Part shown: one piece after another, positions 17,200-30,710 of the stretch
How the letters are laid out: the number at the start of each line of letters is the position of its first letter
Position numbering within the stretch: position 1 is the first letter of the stretch
Source: the human T2T-CHM13v2.0 reference genome, Homo sapiens
Assembly: GCF_009914755.1 (NCBI RefSeq)
Contig: NC_060947.1
Length of the DNA: 64,000 bases
Strand: one strand, 5' to 3'
The notes under the pieces: model-generated
Database searches by the model: none
What the model was told of the DNA's origin: nothing
Seen by the model: the letters and a program-made list of their open reading frames with translations, nothing else
Program-made: the position numbers and the translations under genes

Positions 17200-20104
17200 T
17201 AATACTAACCTTTTTAAAATGCAATGCTTTGCCACACAATTAACTGCCTTGCTTTTATATCCTGATAAACATATGCTTGTGGTTAGGTGGTCTTTATAGT
17301 TTAAGATGATGTAAACATCAGATGCCTGTGGAACTGAATTAGGATCCTTTTCAACTTTCCATTTAGGCAAATCGTGTCATGTATTTATTAAATAAAAATT
17401 GAATATTTGGAGTAGCACTTATGCTTGGAAACAAACTTCATAAGGCACAGTTAATTCCACTGAGGAACACACAGTTTTTTTCTTGCATTTAGTATTTAAA
17501 TATTTTTTCTTCATTTTTTAAATTTTACTTTTCATTTTTGTGGGTACATGGTAGGTGTATACATTTATGGGTACATGACATATATTGATAGACATACCAG
17601 GTGTAATAATCACATTGGGATAAATGGCGTATCCATCACCTCAAGCATTTATTATTTCTTTGTCTTATAAACAATCCAATTATACTCTTTTACATGTACA
17701 ACAAATTATTGTGTATATCAACTAATAGATCTTATTGTGCTATCAACTAATAGATCTTATTCATTCTAACTACATTTTTGTACACATTAACTATCCCCAT
17801 TTCCAGCCCTCCACTACACTTTGCAGCCTCCGGTAACCATTATTCCACTCTGTATCTCCATGAGCTCAGTTGTTTTAATTTTTAGCTCCCACAAATAAGT
17901 GAGAACAAGTGAATTTTGTCTTTCTGGGCTGGGCTTATTTCACTTAACATAATGACCCCTAGGTCATCCATGTTGTTGCAAACGACAGGATCTTATCTTT
18001 ATGGCTGAATAGTACTCCATTCTGTATATGTACCACATTTTCTTTGCCCATTCATGTGTTGATGGATGCATAGGTTGTTTTCAAATCTTAGCTACAGTGA
18101 ATAGTGCTGCAATAATCATGGGAGTACAGATATCTCTTTGATGTACTGATTTCCTTTAAGTATATACCCAGCAGTGGCATTGCTGGATCATGTGGAAGTT
18201 CTACTGTAAGTTATCTTGAGTTACCTCCAAACTGTTCTCCATAGTGGTTGTACTAATTTACATTCCCACCAACAGTGTACAAGGGTTATGCTTTTTTTTT
18301 TTTCTATAGCCTCGGCAGCATTAGTTTTTGCCTCTCTTTTGGATAAAAGTAATTTTACCTGGGATAAAATTATATTTTATTGTAGATTTTATTTACATTT
18401 CTCTGATGATCAATGATGTTGAACACGTTTTCATATGCCTGGTTGCCATTTGTACATCTTTTGAGAAATGTCTATTCACATTTTTGTCCATTTTGTAATT
18501 GGGTAATTACATTTTTTCCCTGTAGAGTTGTTAGAGCTCCTTACATATTTTGGTTATTAATCCTTTGCCAGAAGTATAGTTTGCAAATATTTTCTCCCAT
18601 TCTACGGGTTGTCTCTTGACTTTGTGGATTGTTTCCTTTGCTGAGCAGAAGCCTTTTAACTTAGCATGATCCATTTGTCTATTTTTGCTTTGGTTACCTG
18701 TGCTTGTGGGGTATTTATTACTCAAGAAATCTTTGCCTAGTCCAAAGTCCTGGTGAGTTTCCCCAATGCCTTCTTGCAGTAGTTTCATAGTTTGAGGACT
18801 TAGATTTAAGTCTTTAATCCATTTTGATTTAATTTTTGTATATGGTGAGAGATAGGGGTGTAGTTTTATTGTTTTGCATATGGATATCCAGTTTTCTTAG
18901 CCCCATTTATTGAAAAGACCGTCCTTTTTCCAGTACACGTTCTTGGCACCTTTGTTGAAAACGAGTTTACTGTACATATGTGGATTAGTTTTTCGGTTCT
19001 CTATTCTATTCCATTGGTCTATGTGTCTCTTTTTATGCCAGTCCCATGCTGTTTTGGTTACCATAGCTCTGTAGTATAATTTGAAGTCAGGTAATGTGAT
19101 TTCTCCAGTTTTGTTATTTTTGTTCAGGACAGTTTTGGCTATTCTGGGTCTTTTGTGGTTCCATATAAATTTTATGATTGTCATTTTTTATTTCTGTGAA
19201 GAATGTCATTGGTATTCTGATGGAGATTGCATTGAATCTGTAGATTGCTGTGGGTAGTATGAACATTTAACAATATTGATTTTTCCAATCCACAAACATA
19301 GAATTTCTTTCCTTTTTTCTTGGTGTTCTCTTCAGTTTCTTATATCAGTGTTTTATAGTTTTCATTGTATAGATCTTTCACTTCTTTGATTAATTCCTAG
19401 GTATTTAATTTCATTTGTAACTGTTGTAAATGGGGTTACTTTCTTGATTTCTTTCTCAGATTGTTTGCTGTTGACATATAAATACTAATGATTTTCTATG
19501 TTGATTTTGTATCCTGCAACTTTACTGAATTTTTTAATCAGTTCTAATAGTTTTTTGGTGGAGTCTTTATGTTTTTCCAAATATAAGATCATATCATATG
19601 CAAACAAGGATAATTGGACATCTTCCTTCCCTTTTGTATGCCCTTTCTTTCTTTCTCTTGTCTGATTGCTGTGGGTCTGTCATATATACCTTTTTTGTGT
19701 TGAGCTATGCTCCTTTTATTCCCAGTTTTTTGAGAGTTTTTACTGTAAAGGCATGTTGAATTTTATCATATGCTCTTTTAGCATCAGTCAAAATGATCGT
19801 ATGGTTGTCCTTCCTTCTGTTGATATGATGTATCACATTGATTGATCTGTGTATATTGAACCAGCCTTGCATCCCTGGATCAAATTACACTTGGTCATGG
19901 TGAATTACCTTTTTAATGTTTTGCTGAATTTGGTTTGCTAGCATTTTGTTGAGGACTTTTGCATCAATGTTCACCAGGGATATTGGCCTTTAATTTTCTT
20001 CTTTTGATGTGTCTTTGTTTCATTTTCGTATCAGAGTAATACAGGCCTCATAGAATGAGTTTGGAAGTATTTCCCAGGTCCTGGAATTTTCTTTGCTGGG
20101 AGAG

Positions 20105-20237
20105 TTTTTTTTTTTTTTTTTTTTTTTGAGACAGGTTTTCACTTCTTTACCTAGACTGGAGTGCAGTGGCAAAATAATGGCTCACTGAGGCCTCGACCTC
20201 CCAGGTCCAAGTTAAACTCCTGCCTCAGCCTCCTGAG
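20105..20237 (-). mobile_element. Alu 3' fragment (right arm)
   Basis: Poly-T plus gagacagg...cctcagcctcctgag, then abrupt return to L1. Confidence 0.8.
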
Positions 20238-21323
20238 TTTGTTTTTTTCTTAGTCTGGCTAAAGTTTTGTCAATTTTGTTTACCTTTTCAAAAAAAAACA
20301 ACTTTTTGTTTCATTTATCTTTTGTATTTTTTTATTTCAATTTCATTTATTTCTTCTCTGATCTTTATTATTCCCTTTCTTATACTAATTTTAGATTTGG
20401 CCTGCTCTTACTTTTCTAGTTATTTAAGATGTATCATTAGATTGTCTATTTGAAGTTTTTTACTTTTTTGATGTAGTTGCTTATTGCCATAAACTTTTGT
20501 ATTAGTACTGCTTTCACTGCATCTCATAAGTTTTGTTATGTTGTGTTTCCATTATCACTTGTTTTAAGATATTTCTAAAATTTCTTCTTACTTTCATTGA
20601 CTCACTGGTAATTCAGGAGCATATTGTTTAATTTTCATGTGTTTCTGTAGTTTCCAAAGTTCCTCTTGTTATTGATTTCCAGTTTATTCTATTATGGTCA
20701 GAAAAGATACTTCATATAATTTCTTTTTGGGGGGAATGTTTTAAGACTTGTTTTGTGGCCTAACATATGGTTTTATCCTTGAGAATGATCCATGTGCTGA
20801 GGAAAAAAATGTGCATTTGGCAGCCATTGAATGAAATGTTCTGTAAATATCTATTAGGTCTCTTTGGTCTATAGTGCAGATTAAATCCAATGTTTCTTTG
20901 TCAATTTTCTGCGTGGATGATCTGTACAATGTTGAAAGTAGGGTGTTGAAGTCTCCAGCTGTTATTGTAGTGGAGCCTGTTTCTTTCTTTAGCTCTAATA
21001 ACATTCACTTTATCTATCTCGGTGTTCCAATGTTGGGTACATTTATATTTACAATTGTTATATCCTTTTGCTGATTTGACTTCTTTGTCATTATATAATG
21101 GCTTTCTTTGCCTCTTTCTATAGTTTTTGTCTTAAAATCTATTTTGTCTGATGTAAGTATAGTTACTCCTGCTTCTTTTTGGTTTCCATTGGCATGAAAA
21201 AGCTTTTTCCATTCTTTATTTATAATCTATTTGTGTCTCTACAGGTTAAGTGTGCTCTTTGTCATTAACAGATCATTGGGTCCTGTTTTTCTTTTAAATC
21301 CATTCAGCCCCTCTATGTTCTTT

Positions 21324-21448
21324 CTTTTCTGAGACAGCGTCTTGCTCTGCCACCCATGCTAGAGTGCAGTGGCACAAATACAGCTTACTGCAGCCTAACC
21401 TCCTGGGCTCAAGCAATCTTCCCACCTCAGCCTCCTGAGTAGCTGGGA
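21324..21448 (-). mobile_element. 5'-truncated AluJ
   Basis: Partial right arm with an approximate TSD ctctatgt(t)cttt on both sides. Confidence 0.8.
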
Positions 21449-22734
21449 AAACTCTATGTCTTTATAGAGTTTAGAACATTTATGTTCAGTGTCATTATTG
21501 ATAAGTAAGGACATACTCTTGCCATTTTGTCATTTGTTTTCTTGTTGTTTTGCAGTTTTCTCTTCATTCTTTCTTTCCTGTTTTCCTTTTAGTGAAGGTG
21601 ATTTTCTCTTGTGGTATGTTTTAATTTATTATTTTTTATTTTGTGTGTGTGTGTATCTGTTGTAGGTTCTTGATTTGAGGTTACCATGAGGCTTGCAAAT
21701 AATATCTCATAACCCATTGTTTTAGACCGATGACAATTTAATAAAGATTGTATAAACAAACAAATTAACAAATAATCAAACAGGAAACTAATAAGAACTC
21801 CAACTTTGTTCCCCCAATTTTAAAATTCTTGTTGTTTCTATTTAGACCTTATTGTGTTTTCTATGTCTTGAAAAGTTGTTGTAGTTAATATTTTGGAGAG
21901 GTTTATCTTTTAGTCTTTCTACTCAAGACAAGGGTAGTTTCTACACTACAATTACAGTGTTGTAATACTCTGTGTTTTCCTGTGTACTTACTATTACCAT
22001 GTTTTGTATCTTCTGATTTCTTATTGTTCATTAATATACTTTTCTTTCTGATTGAAGAACTCCTTTTAGTATTTCTTGTAGGACAGGTATGGTGCTGATG
22101 AAATCCCTTAACTTTTGTTTGTCTGGGAAAGTCTTTATTTCTCCTTCATGTTTGAAGTATATTATTGCTGGATAAACTATTCTAGGATAAAAGTGTTTTT
22201 TTTCAGTACTTTAAATATGCCACGCTCTTCTGACCCATAAGCTTTCCACTGAGAAGTTTGCTGCCATACATATAGGAGCGCCTTTGTATGTTATTTCTTT
22301 CTTTCTCTCTTGCTGTTTTTAGAATCCTTTCTTTATCCTTGACCTTTGGAAGTTTCATTATCAAATGTCTTGAAGTAATCTGATTTGGGTTAATTCTTCT
22401 TGGTGTTCTACAACATTTGTATATTTGAATATTGATATCTTTCTCTAGGTTTGGGAGGTTCTTTGTTATTATCCCTTTAAATAAACTTTCTATTTTTCTA
22501 TCTCCTCCTTAAGGCCAATAGCTTTTAGATTTGCCCTTTTGAGGCTATTTTCTAGATCTTATAGGCATGCTTCATTGTTTTAATTCTTTTTCATTTTGTC
22601 TCCTCTGACTGTGTATTATCAAATAACCTGTCTTCAAACTCACTAATTCTTTCTTCTGCTTGATCATTTCTACTATTAAGAGACTCTGGTCCATTCTTTA
22701 GTATGTCAATTGTATTTTATAGCTTTAGAAGTTG

Positions 22735-23130
22735 GAACTCACAGACATAAAGGACAGGTAAATAATGAGATAATTTCAATATAATGTCATAAATGCTGGT
22801 GTGGAATTGAAGGTACAGTGTGGAAGCCTAAGGGAAAACAGTTCTACAGCTGCCTGGAAAAGTCAAAGAATGCTTCGCAGAGAAGGTAGAATTTTAACTG
22901 AGAGATGGAAAGTTGAATGAACATGATACCAGGCAAAACATGCTGATAAGATTTCTTGATGGATTTGGCACATAATGTGAGCCCTGGTAAAAGGTGTGAT
23001 GGTGTAAAAGTGAATCTACAAAGGAGGAAATAGCATGAGAAAAGGCACAGTCACATGGTCTTTAAAAATACAGGATTGGTTTGAATGATCACAAGTAACA
23101 TGAGTGTATTGAAAGATATGGAAGATTAGG
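22735..23130 (-). mobile_element. L2 relic
   Basis: Purine-rich antisense L2 pattern (gtcaaagaatgcttcgcagagaaggtag; aaatagcatgagaaaaggcacag). Confidence 0.6.
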
Positions 23131-24199
23131 CTAACAGCTAATTGAAGCTGTTTCTGTGATATCTAGAGGAGCTAACTAGGAAAACATACTGTTACATTTC
23201 CAGTCCCACAGTGCACAGCTGGTTATCAGTTAAGAAGAAAATTTAAAAAACCTAGCTAAACTACAGTATGCATAACTCACTTGTTATTGTTCGCAGAGAT
23301 ATTTAAATTTTATAAGAGGATGTCCAGAGAGAACAATGCATTAGATAGTAGAATTTTTGGCACAGGGACATAGATTAGAATTAAACTGAGGAGTTTCTAG
23401 AAAGTTTTCCTGCCCTTACAATGTCGTTTCTATCTGGCATGCTAACTCACTGCCCTAGCAGATTTTAAATTCTTCCTTCAGTATTTTGTTTAAAAGAGAC
23501 AATACATTTAGTTTTTAGGAACACAAAATAATCATTCTTTTTTATTGGAATTCCAAATACCCCCAAGATATAAAAAGAAATAACGTGGTTTAGAAAATAC
23601 TTGGTTAAAAAAGGAATTAAATCAGCCATTCTTTACCTGTCAAAGCAAAGAATAATACATAAAGAAAAAAAAAACTCCATCTGTTTTGAGTCATGAAGTC
23701 ATCCTCCAGGCTCCACAGAGAGCTTATATCCAAGTGGGAGAGAAAGTGAATCTTACTATGAAACTCAATTCCAAAGAAGAGGATCTTTTCCTTGAGGCCT
23801 CCTGAGGGGATAGATCTTCTCCTCTCATCATTCTAGGTTACTAAGCTACAGATATGTGTAAAGGTTAAATTGCAATACCTCAACCAGAACATTTAAGGCC
23901 TGTTTATTGTTCATATCCTCAGCATCAAACTAAAAAACAGTGCTTTAAAAACAGAACTTGAAGAACAGCTATTAAATAAAACAAAGTAAAGTGAAAACGA
24001 GTTCAATGTAGAAACATGAAGCAAGTAAAACAATTTGAGCATTTAAATATGACTCTATAACCATTTAGAGAATAGAAAGTTTAATGCACCTGCATTTTCA
24101 TGTCAAATTAGCTCTATCTTAAAACCAACTGAGGTTTCTATATATTTATTATTAATATTAACATACATATATTTACAGATATTTCAACAAAGTTTTTAA

Positions 24200-24730
24200 A
24201 TAAATTATTGGATCTTGAGCACTGTGTTAAGTGATTGGTGATGATGAAAGGATTCTTTCTCTTTTGCTTAGAATCTAACTAAGGAAGCAAGTCATGTACT
24301 CGAAGATATGAAGTAATGTATGGAAGTCATTTGGTACACATGTATGTATTTGAGCTGCAGATATTTCAAGTAAGGGAATGGTTACTGAGTGACGGGGTTA
24401 GATTGGACAGTCTTTATAGAGAAGAACCTGGATCTTCAAAAGAAGGAAATTTTGGGTTTTCAATGGTGGAGACAGAAGAAAGAAAGCATTTTAGATATAG
24501 GGAGGAGGAATGAGTGAAATGGAGGCAGGAATGTGGTATGTGAGCGAAAGAAGGCCGGTTTGACAGAGTTGGAACCAGTGATCATGTTGGGGATTAGTGA
24601 GTGTTTAGGATGAATAGGTAAGGTGGAGACAGTTGATGGAAGAACTGGAATGCCAGGTTGATAAGTTTTGACTTGATCCTACAAGCAAATGGATGCCCTT
24701 GTAGGGGAGTGTCATGCTGAAAGAAGTGCC
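24200..24730 (-). mobile_element. L2 relic
   Basis: gcactgtgttaagtg; gaatgccaggttgataagttttgacttgatcct. Confidence 0.6.
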
Positions 24731-27700
24731 TTTTATTTTCTTCAATTCATTTGTTGACATTATCATAATTTATTTTAACTCTTCCTTTTTCTAATTCAGC
24801 ATGCCACTCTGGGGGAGCTGGAAAGGAGACAACTTTCAGGGTATGTGTCACCCTCCAACCACCTAGTCCTCTGGTCCGTGGACATCCATACTCAGTGGTC
24901 AGGAGAGGTCTTTTTAAACAGCCTTATGATTAATTTGTCCATTCCCTGGGGAAGATGTGAATCATTCAGCCTGTAATTGTCAAAGGCACATAGGTCTGGC
25001 TTGGTGACTTGCTTTAGTCCTCAGCATGAGTGTAAACTGGGTTGCTTTTCATTTTCTTCAACACTACCTCTTCCCAGTATGACTTCATCTGAAATTATGC
25101 AAAGTCCTAATATCTCAGACATATCCCTATTGAAATGGAAATACAAACATGCATCAAAATGCCAAATAGGGATTAGTTGGGGATTATCCATTTTATTGTT
25201 CCCCCCAATTCAATTCAGGTTAGCTCAATAACTATTTATTGAACACCCCACCAGGAATTTATGGACTGCATAGAGACAAAATTTTATCCACATAAAATAA
25301 ACATATAAGCACACAAAAATGAACAAACCACACAGTTAAATATCAATATGGAATGCATTTGATTAGGTGCCAGGATATGTGGCACAGACAATTGTAAGAA
25401 TGGACTACAATAATCATTTATTTAGAAAGACATAGCCCTCCCCCACCAAGTGGTATTAATGTTATGGATGCTAAATCACTTTCTGTATCACATCTTTGAA
25501 TATCTCAAATCTGGTATCAGCACAGATGAAAATTCACAGCAAATGAACTCATTATCAAAAGAATGTTTCCAAATGGGCTTTTTCTTCTTGCTTTTGAGTT
25601 TTGCCTTTACAACATTCCTTCCGAGTAGAGCTGAATAGTCCTTTCATTGAGTGCCATTTTTTTCCTTACAAGTAATAGTCTCAATTTCTCACTAAATATA
25701 TTATCTGGGTGCTTTTATGCAACAACCTCATTTTCATTTGAAGAGTAGACTTTAAGGTTATGAAGGAAGAGAATGGAGAGGTGGAATAAGATGGTTGAAT
25801 AGAAGCCTCCACTGATCATCCCCTCCCTCTCCGCACAGGGACATCAAATTTGACAACTATCTACACCATAAAGCATCTTCATAAGAACCAAAAATCAGGT
25901 GAGCAATCACAATATCTGAATCACTGATGCAACCTCTCCCCCATCCTCTAGTGGTAACCCTGTCATGCAGAGACAGAATCAGTGCACCTAGAGGAGGGAG
26001 AATGCAGCAATTGTGGGACTGTTCGTTGAATGCACTGTTGCCCTGTCACAGCAGAAAGCAAAACTGGACTGAATTCATCCAACACCCACTGACGGAGGAA
26101 ACATTTAGATGAGCCCTAGCCAGAGGGGAATCACTCATCCCAGTGGTCAGAACTTTAGTTTCTGCAAGCCTTGCCACCACAGGATGAAGTGATTTGGGGT
26201 CCTAAATAAACCTGAAGGGCAATTTAGGTCACAAAGACTGCAATTCCTAAGGCAAGTCCTAGTGCTAGGCTAGGCTCAGAGTCAGTGGACTTGGAAGGCA
26301 CATGACCCAGTGAGACACCAGCTGGGGCAGCTAAGGGAGTGCTTGCACCACCCCCTCCCACAACCCCCAGCAGCATGGCTCATAGCAATGAAAGTGACTC
26401 CTTCCTTCTGCTTGAGGAGAGGAGAGGGAAGAGTAAAGAGGACTGTGTCTTACAGCTCAGCCCCAATAGGATAAGGCACTGGGTAGAGTCATGAGGCCTC
26501 CTTTCCAGGGCCTAGCTCCAGAATGACATTTCTAGACCAGAAGGGAACCCACTGCCCTGAAGGAAAGGATTCATTCCTGGCAGTATTCATTAGCTGCTGA
26601 TTAAAGAGCCCTTGGGCCCTGAATAACCAGCAGTGATACTCAGGTAGTATGCCATGAACCTTGGGGGAGATTCTGAAACATACTGGCTTCTGGTTAGACC
26701 TAGCACATTATCAGCTGTGGTGACTATGCAGAGAGAATCCTGCTTGAGAAAAGCAGAGGGAAAAGTAGAGGGGATTTTGTCTTAGATCTTAGGTACCAGC
26801 TCAGTGACAGTGGGGTGGAGCAACAAGCAGACTCTTGGGGTCCCTGTTTCTAGGACTTGGCACTTGGACAACATTTCTGGACCTGCCCTGGGCCAAAGGG
26901 GAGCCCACTTCCCTGAAGGGTGAGCCCCAGGCCTGTCAGCATTCACCATAAGCTGAAGAGCTCTTGAACCTTAAGTGAAAATTGGTGGTAGTCTGGCAGT
27001 ATTCCTCAAGGGCCTGTGATGGTGGTGTCGGTGGGGAACATTTCAGTTGCCTGTGGAAAGGGAAGGAAAGAGTGGGAGAGACTTTGCATCATTGTTTAAG
27101 TGTCAGCTTAGCCACAGTAGAATACAGAACCAGGTAGATTTCTAAGGTTTCTCACTCCAGTGCCTGGCTCCTGGATGTCATCTCTGAGCATGGCATGGAC
27201 CTGGAATAACTTGCTGCCCTGAAGAGAAGGATACAAGCAAGGATGGCTTTGTCACTTGCTGATTGTAGTGTCCTAGGGCCTTGAGAAAACATAGGCAATA
27301 GCCAGTAGTGGTTACAGCAGGCTTTGGGAGAGAGGCCCAGTACTGTGATAGTTGCAGATATGACCCAGCATAGTCCCAGTAGTGGTGGCCAAAGCGGTGC
27401 TTCTTTTCCCTGACCCACAGCTCCAGGTGGCTCAGCAAAGAGAGAGAGAAACTCTGTTTCTTATGGAGAAAGTAAGGAAAGAGAACAAGAGTTTCTGACT
27501 GGTAATCCAGATAATTATTCCAGATCTTATCCAAGAACATCAAGGTGTTTGTTACCTCTATGAATCTGCGAGAACCACAGCATTACTAGGATTAGATTGT
27601 CCCCTAATGCAGATAAAGCTTAGATTACAACACCCAAGTCCCTTCAAATACCTGGAAAACCTTTCCAAGAAGGACGGGTACAAACAAGCCCAGAATGCAA

Positions 27701-29697
27701 AGACTACATAAATAACTCTACAATGCTCAGACACTGACAAACATCGACAAGCATGAAAACCATTTAGGAAAACATGCCCTCACCAAATGAACTAAATAAA
27801 GCACAAAGGAACAATCCTGAAAGAAACAGAAATATGTGACCTTTTGAACAGAGAATTCAAAATAGCTGTTTTGAGGAAACTCAAAGAAATTCAAGAGAAC
27901 ACAAAGAAAGAATTCAGAATTCTATACAAATACATGGAATTTAAACGCTCTTGAATAACCATTGGGTCAATGAAGAAATGAAAAAAGAAATGGAAAAGTA
28001 TCTTGAAATGAATGATAGTGGAAACACAACCTACCAAAACCTATGAGATACAGCCAAAGCAGTACTAAGAAGGAAACGTACAGCTGTAGGTGGAAAAGAA
28101 CAACTTCAAATAAACAATCTAAGGATGAATCTTCAAGAGGTAGAAAAGTTCTTTAAAAGAAAGAGGATCTAAATAATTAAAATCAGGGGTGGACAAGGAG
28201 ACATTACAGCTGATACTGCAAAAGTTCAAAGGACCATTAGTGGCTATTATGAGAAACTCTATGCCAATAAATGAGAAAATCTAGAAGAAATGGACAAATG
28301 CCTAGAGACATACAGCCTACCAAGATTGAACCATAAAGAAATCCAAAACCTGAACAGACAAATAACAAGTAATGAGATTGAAGGCATAATAAAAAGTCTC
28401 CCAATAAAGCAAAACCCGAGACACAATGGCTTTACTGCAGAATTCTACATAACATTTAAAGAATGACTAATACCAATCCTACTCAAACTATTTCAAAAAT
28501 TAGAGTAGTGAATACTTTCAAATTCATTCTACAAGGCCAGTATTAATTACCCTGACAAAAACCAGATAAAGACACATAAAAACATTTTAAAAATAAAGTT
28601 AAAAAAACCCTACAGGGCAATATCTCTAATGAATATTGACACAAAAATTGTCAACCAAATACTAGAAAACTAAATTCAACAATACATTGAAAGGATTATT
28701 CATCATGGCCAAGTGAGCTTTATCCCTGGTATACAAGGATTGTCCAACATATGCAAATCAATTAATGTGATACATCATGTCAACAGAATGAAAGACAAAA
28801 ACCATATGATCATTTGAATTGATGCTGAAAAAGCATCTGATAATATTCAACATCCCTCCAATATAAAAACCCTCAAAAAACTGGGGAACATACCTCAACA
28901 TAATAAAAGCCATATATGTATGGCAGATTCACAGCTAGTATCACACTGAATGAGGAAAAACTGAAAGTCCTTACTCTAAGCTTTGGAACATGACAAGGAT
29001 GCCCACTTTCACCACTGTTATTCAACATAGTGATGACAGTCCTGGCTAGAGCAGTCAGACAAGAGAAAGAAATAAAGGGCATCCACACTGAAAAGGAAGA
29101 AGTCAAATTATCTTTGTTTGCAGATGATAAGATCTCATATTTGGAAAAACCTAAAGACTCCACCAAAAAACATTTCGAACTGATGAACAAATCCAGTAAA
29201 GTTACAGAATACAAAATCAATATACAAAAATCAGTAGCATTTCTATATGCCGAAATGAACAAACGGAAAAAGAAATTGAAAAGTAGTCCTATTTACAAGA
29301 GCCACAAATACAATTAAATACCTAGGAATTAACTTAACCAAAGAAGTAAAACATCCCTATAATGAAAACAGTGAAGAAAGCAATTGAAGAGAACACCAAA
29401 AATGGAAAGATATTCCATGTTCATGGATTGGAAGAATCAATATTGTTAAAATGTCTATACTACCCAAAGCAATCTATAGATCAGTGCAACCTCTATCAAA
29501 ATACCAATGACATTCTTCACAGAAAAAGAAAATCAATCCTGAAATTTATATGGAACCACAAAAGACCCAAAATAACCAAAGCTATCCTAAGAAAAAAAAA
29601 AAAAACTGGAAGAATCACCTTACTTGACTTCAAATTATGCTACAGAGCTATAGCAATGAAAACAGCATGGTACTTGCATAAAAACAGACACATAGAC

Positions 29698-29745
29698 TGT
29701 ATTAGTCAGTCCTCACACTGCTGTAAAGAACTACCTGAGACTGGA
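29698..29745 (-). mobile_element. MST/THE1D-type MaLR LTR terminal fragment
   Basis: tgtattagtcagtcctcacactgctgtaaagaactacctgagactgg. Confidence 0.75.
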
Positions 29746-30423
29746 TATCCAAAATACAGGTAATAACTAATGCTGGCAAGAATGTAGAGAAAAGAGGACC
29801 TTTGTACACTGCTAGTGGGAATGTAAATTAATACAATCACTGTGGAGAACAGTTTGGAGGTTCTTCAAAACATTAAAAATAGAGTTAACATGTGATCCAG
29901 CAATTCCACTGCTGCATATATACCCAAAAGAAAGGAAATCAACATTGATCAAAGAGATATCTGCACTTCTGTGTTTGTTGCAGCACTGTTCACAATAGCC
30001 AAGATTTGTGTCCATCGACAGATGAATTGATGAAGAAAATGTGATACTTATACACAATGGAGTACCATTCAGCCATAAAAAAGAATGTGGTTCAGTCATT
30101 TGCAACAACATGAATGGAACTGGAGGTCATTATGTTAAGCGAAGTAAGCCAGGCACAGAAAGACAAACTTCACATGTTCTCACTTATTTGTGGCATCTAA
30201 AAATCAGAACAATTGAATCCATGGAGAAAGAGAGTTGAAGGATGGTTACCAGAGGCTAGGGAGGGTGATGGGGATTGGGATGAGGGAGAGATGGGGATGG
30301 TTAAGGGGTACAAAAAATAGAATGACTGAATAAAGCCTACTATTTGAATAAAGCCTACTATTTGATAGCACAGCAGGGTGACTATTGTTAATAATAATTT
30401 AATTGTACATTTAAAAATAACTA

Positions 30424-30710
<287 letters not shown>

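Larger units (their letters stand above)
17514..22730 (-). mobile_element. L1MA3-like LINE-1, truncated within ORF1, with several internal deletions
   Basis: L1MA 3' UTR, ORF2 fragments (18531-18788, 18897-19184, 20741-21004), and inter-ORF and ORF1 sequence colinear with the 2658-12130 copy. Confidence 0.9.

Noticed and set aside
17715-17761. Short tandem duplications (also 9204-9256, 30328-30365, 36891-36927, 42512-42529)
   Set aside because: Ordinary slippage duplications of 9-29 nt inside decayed repeats.
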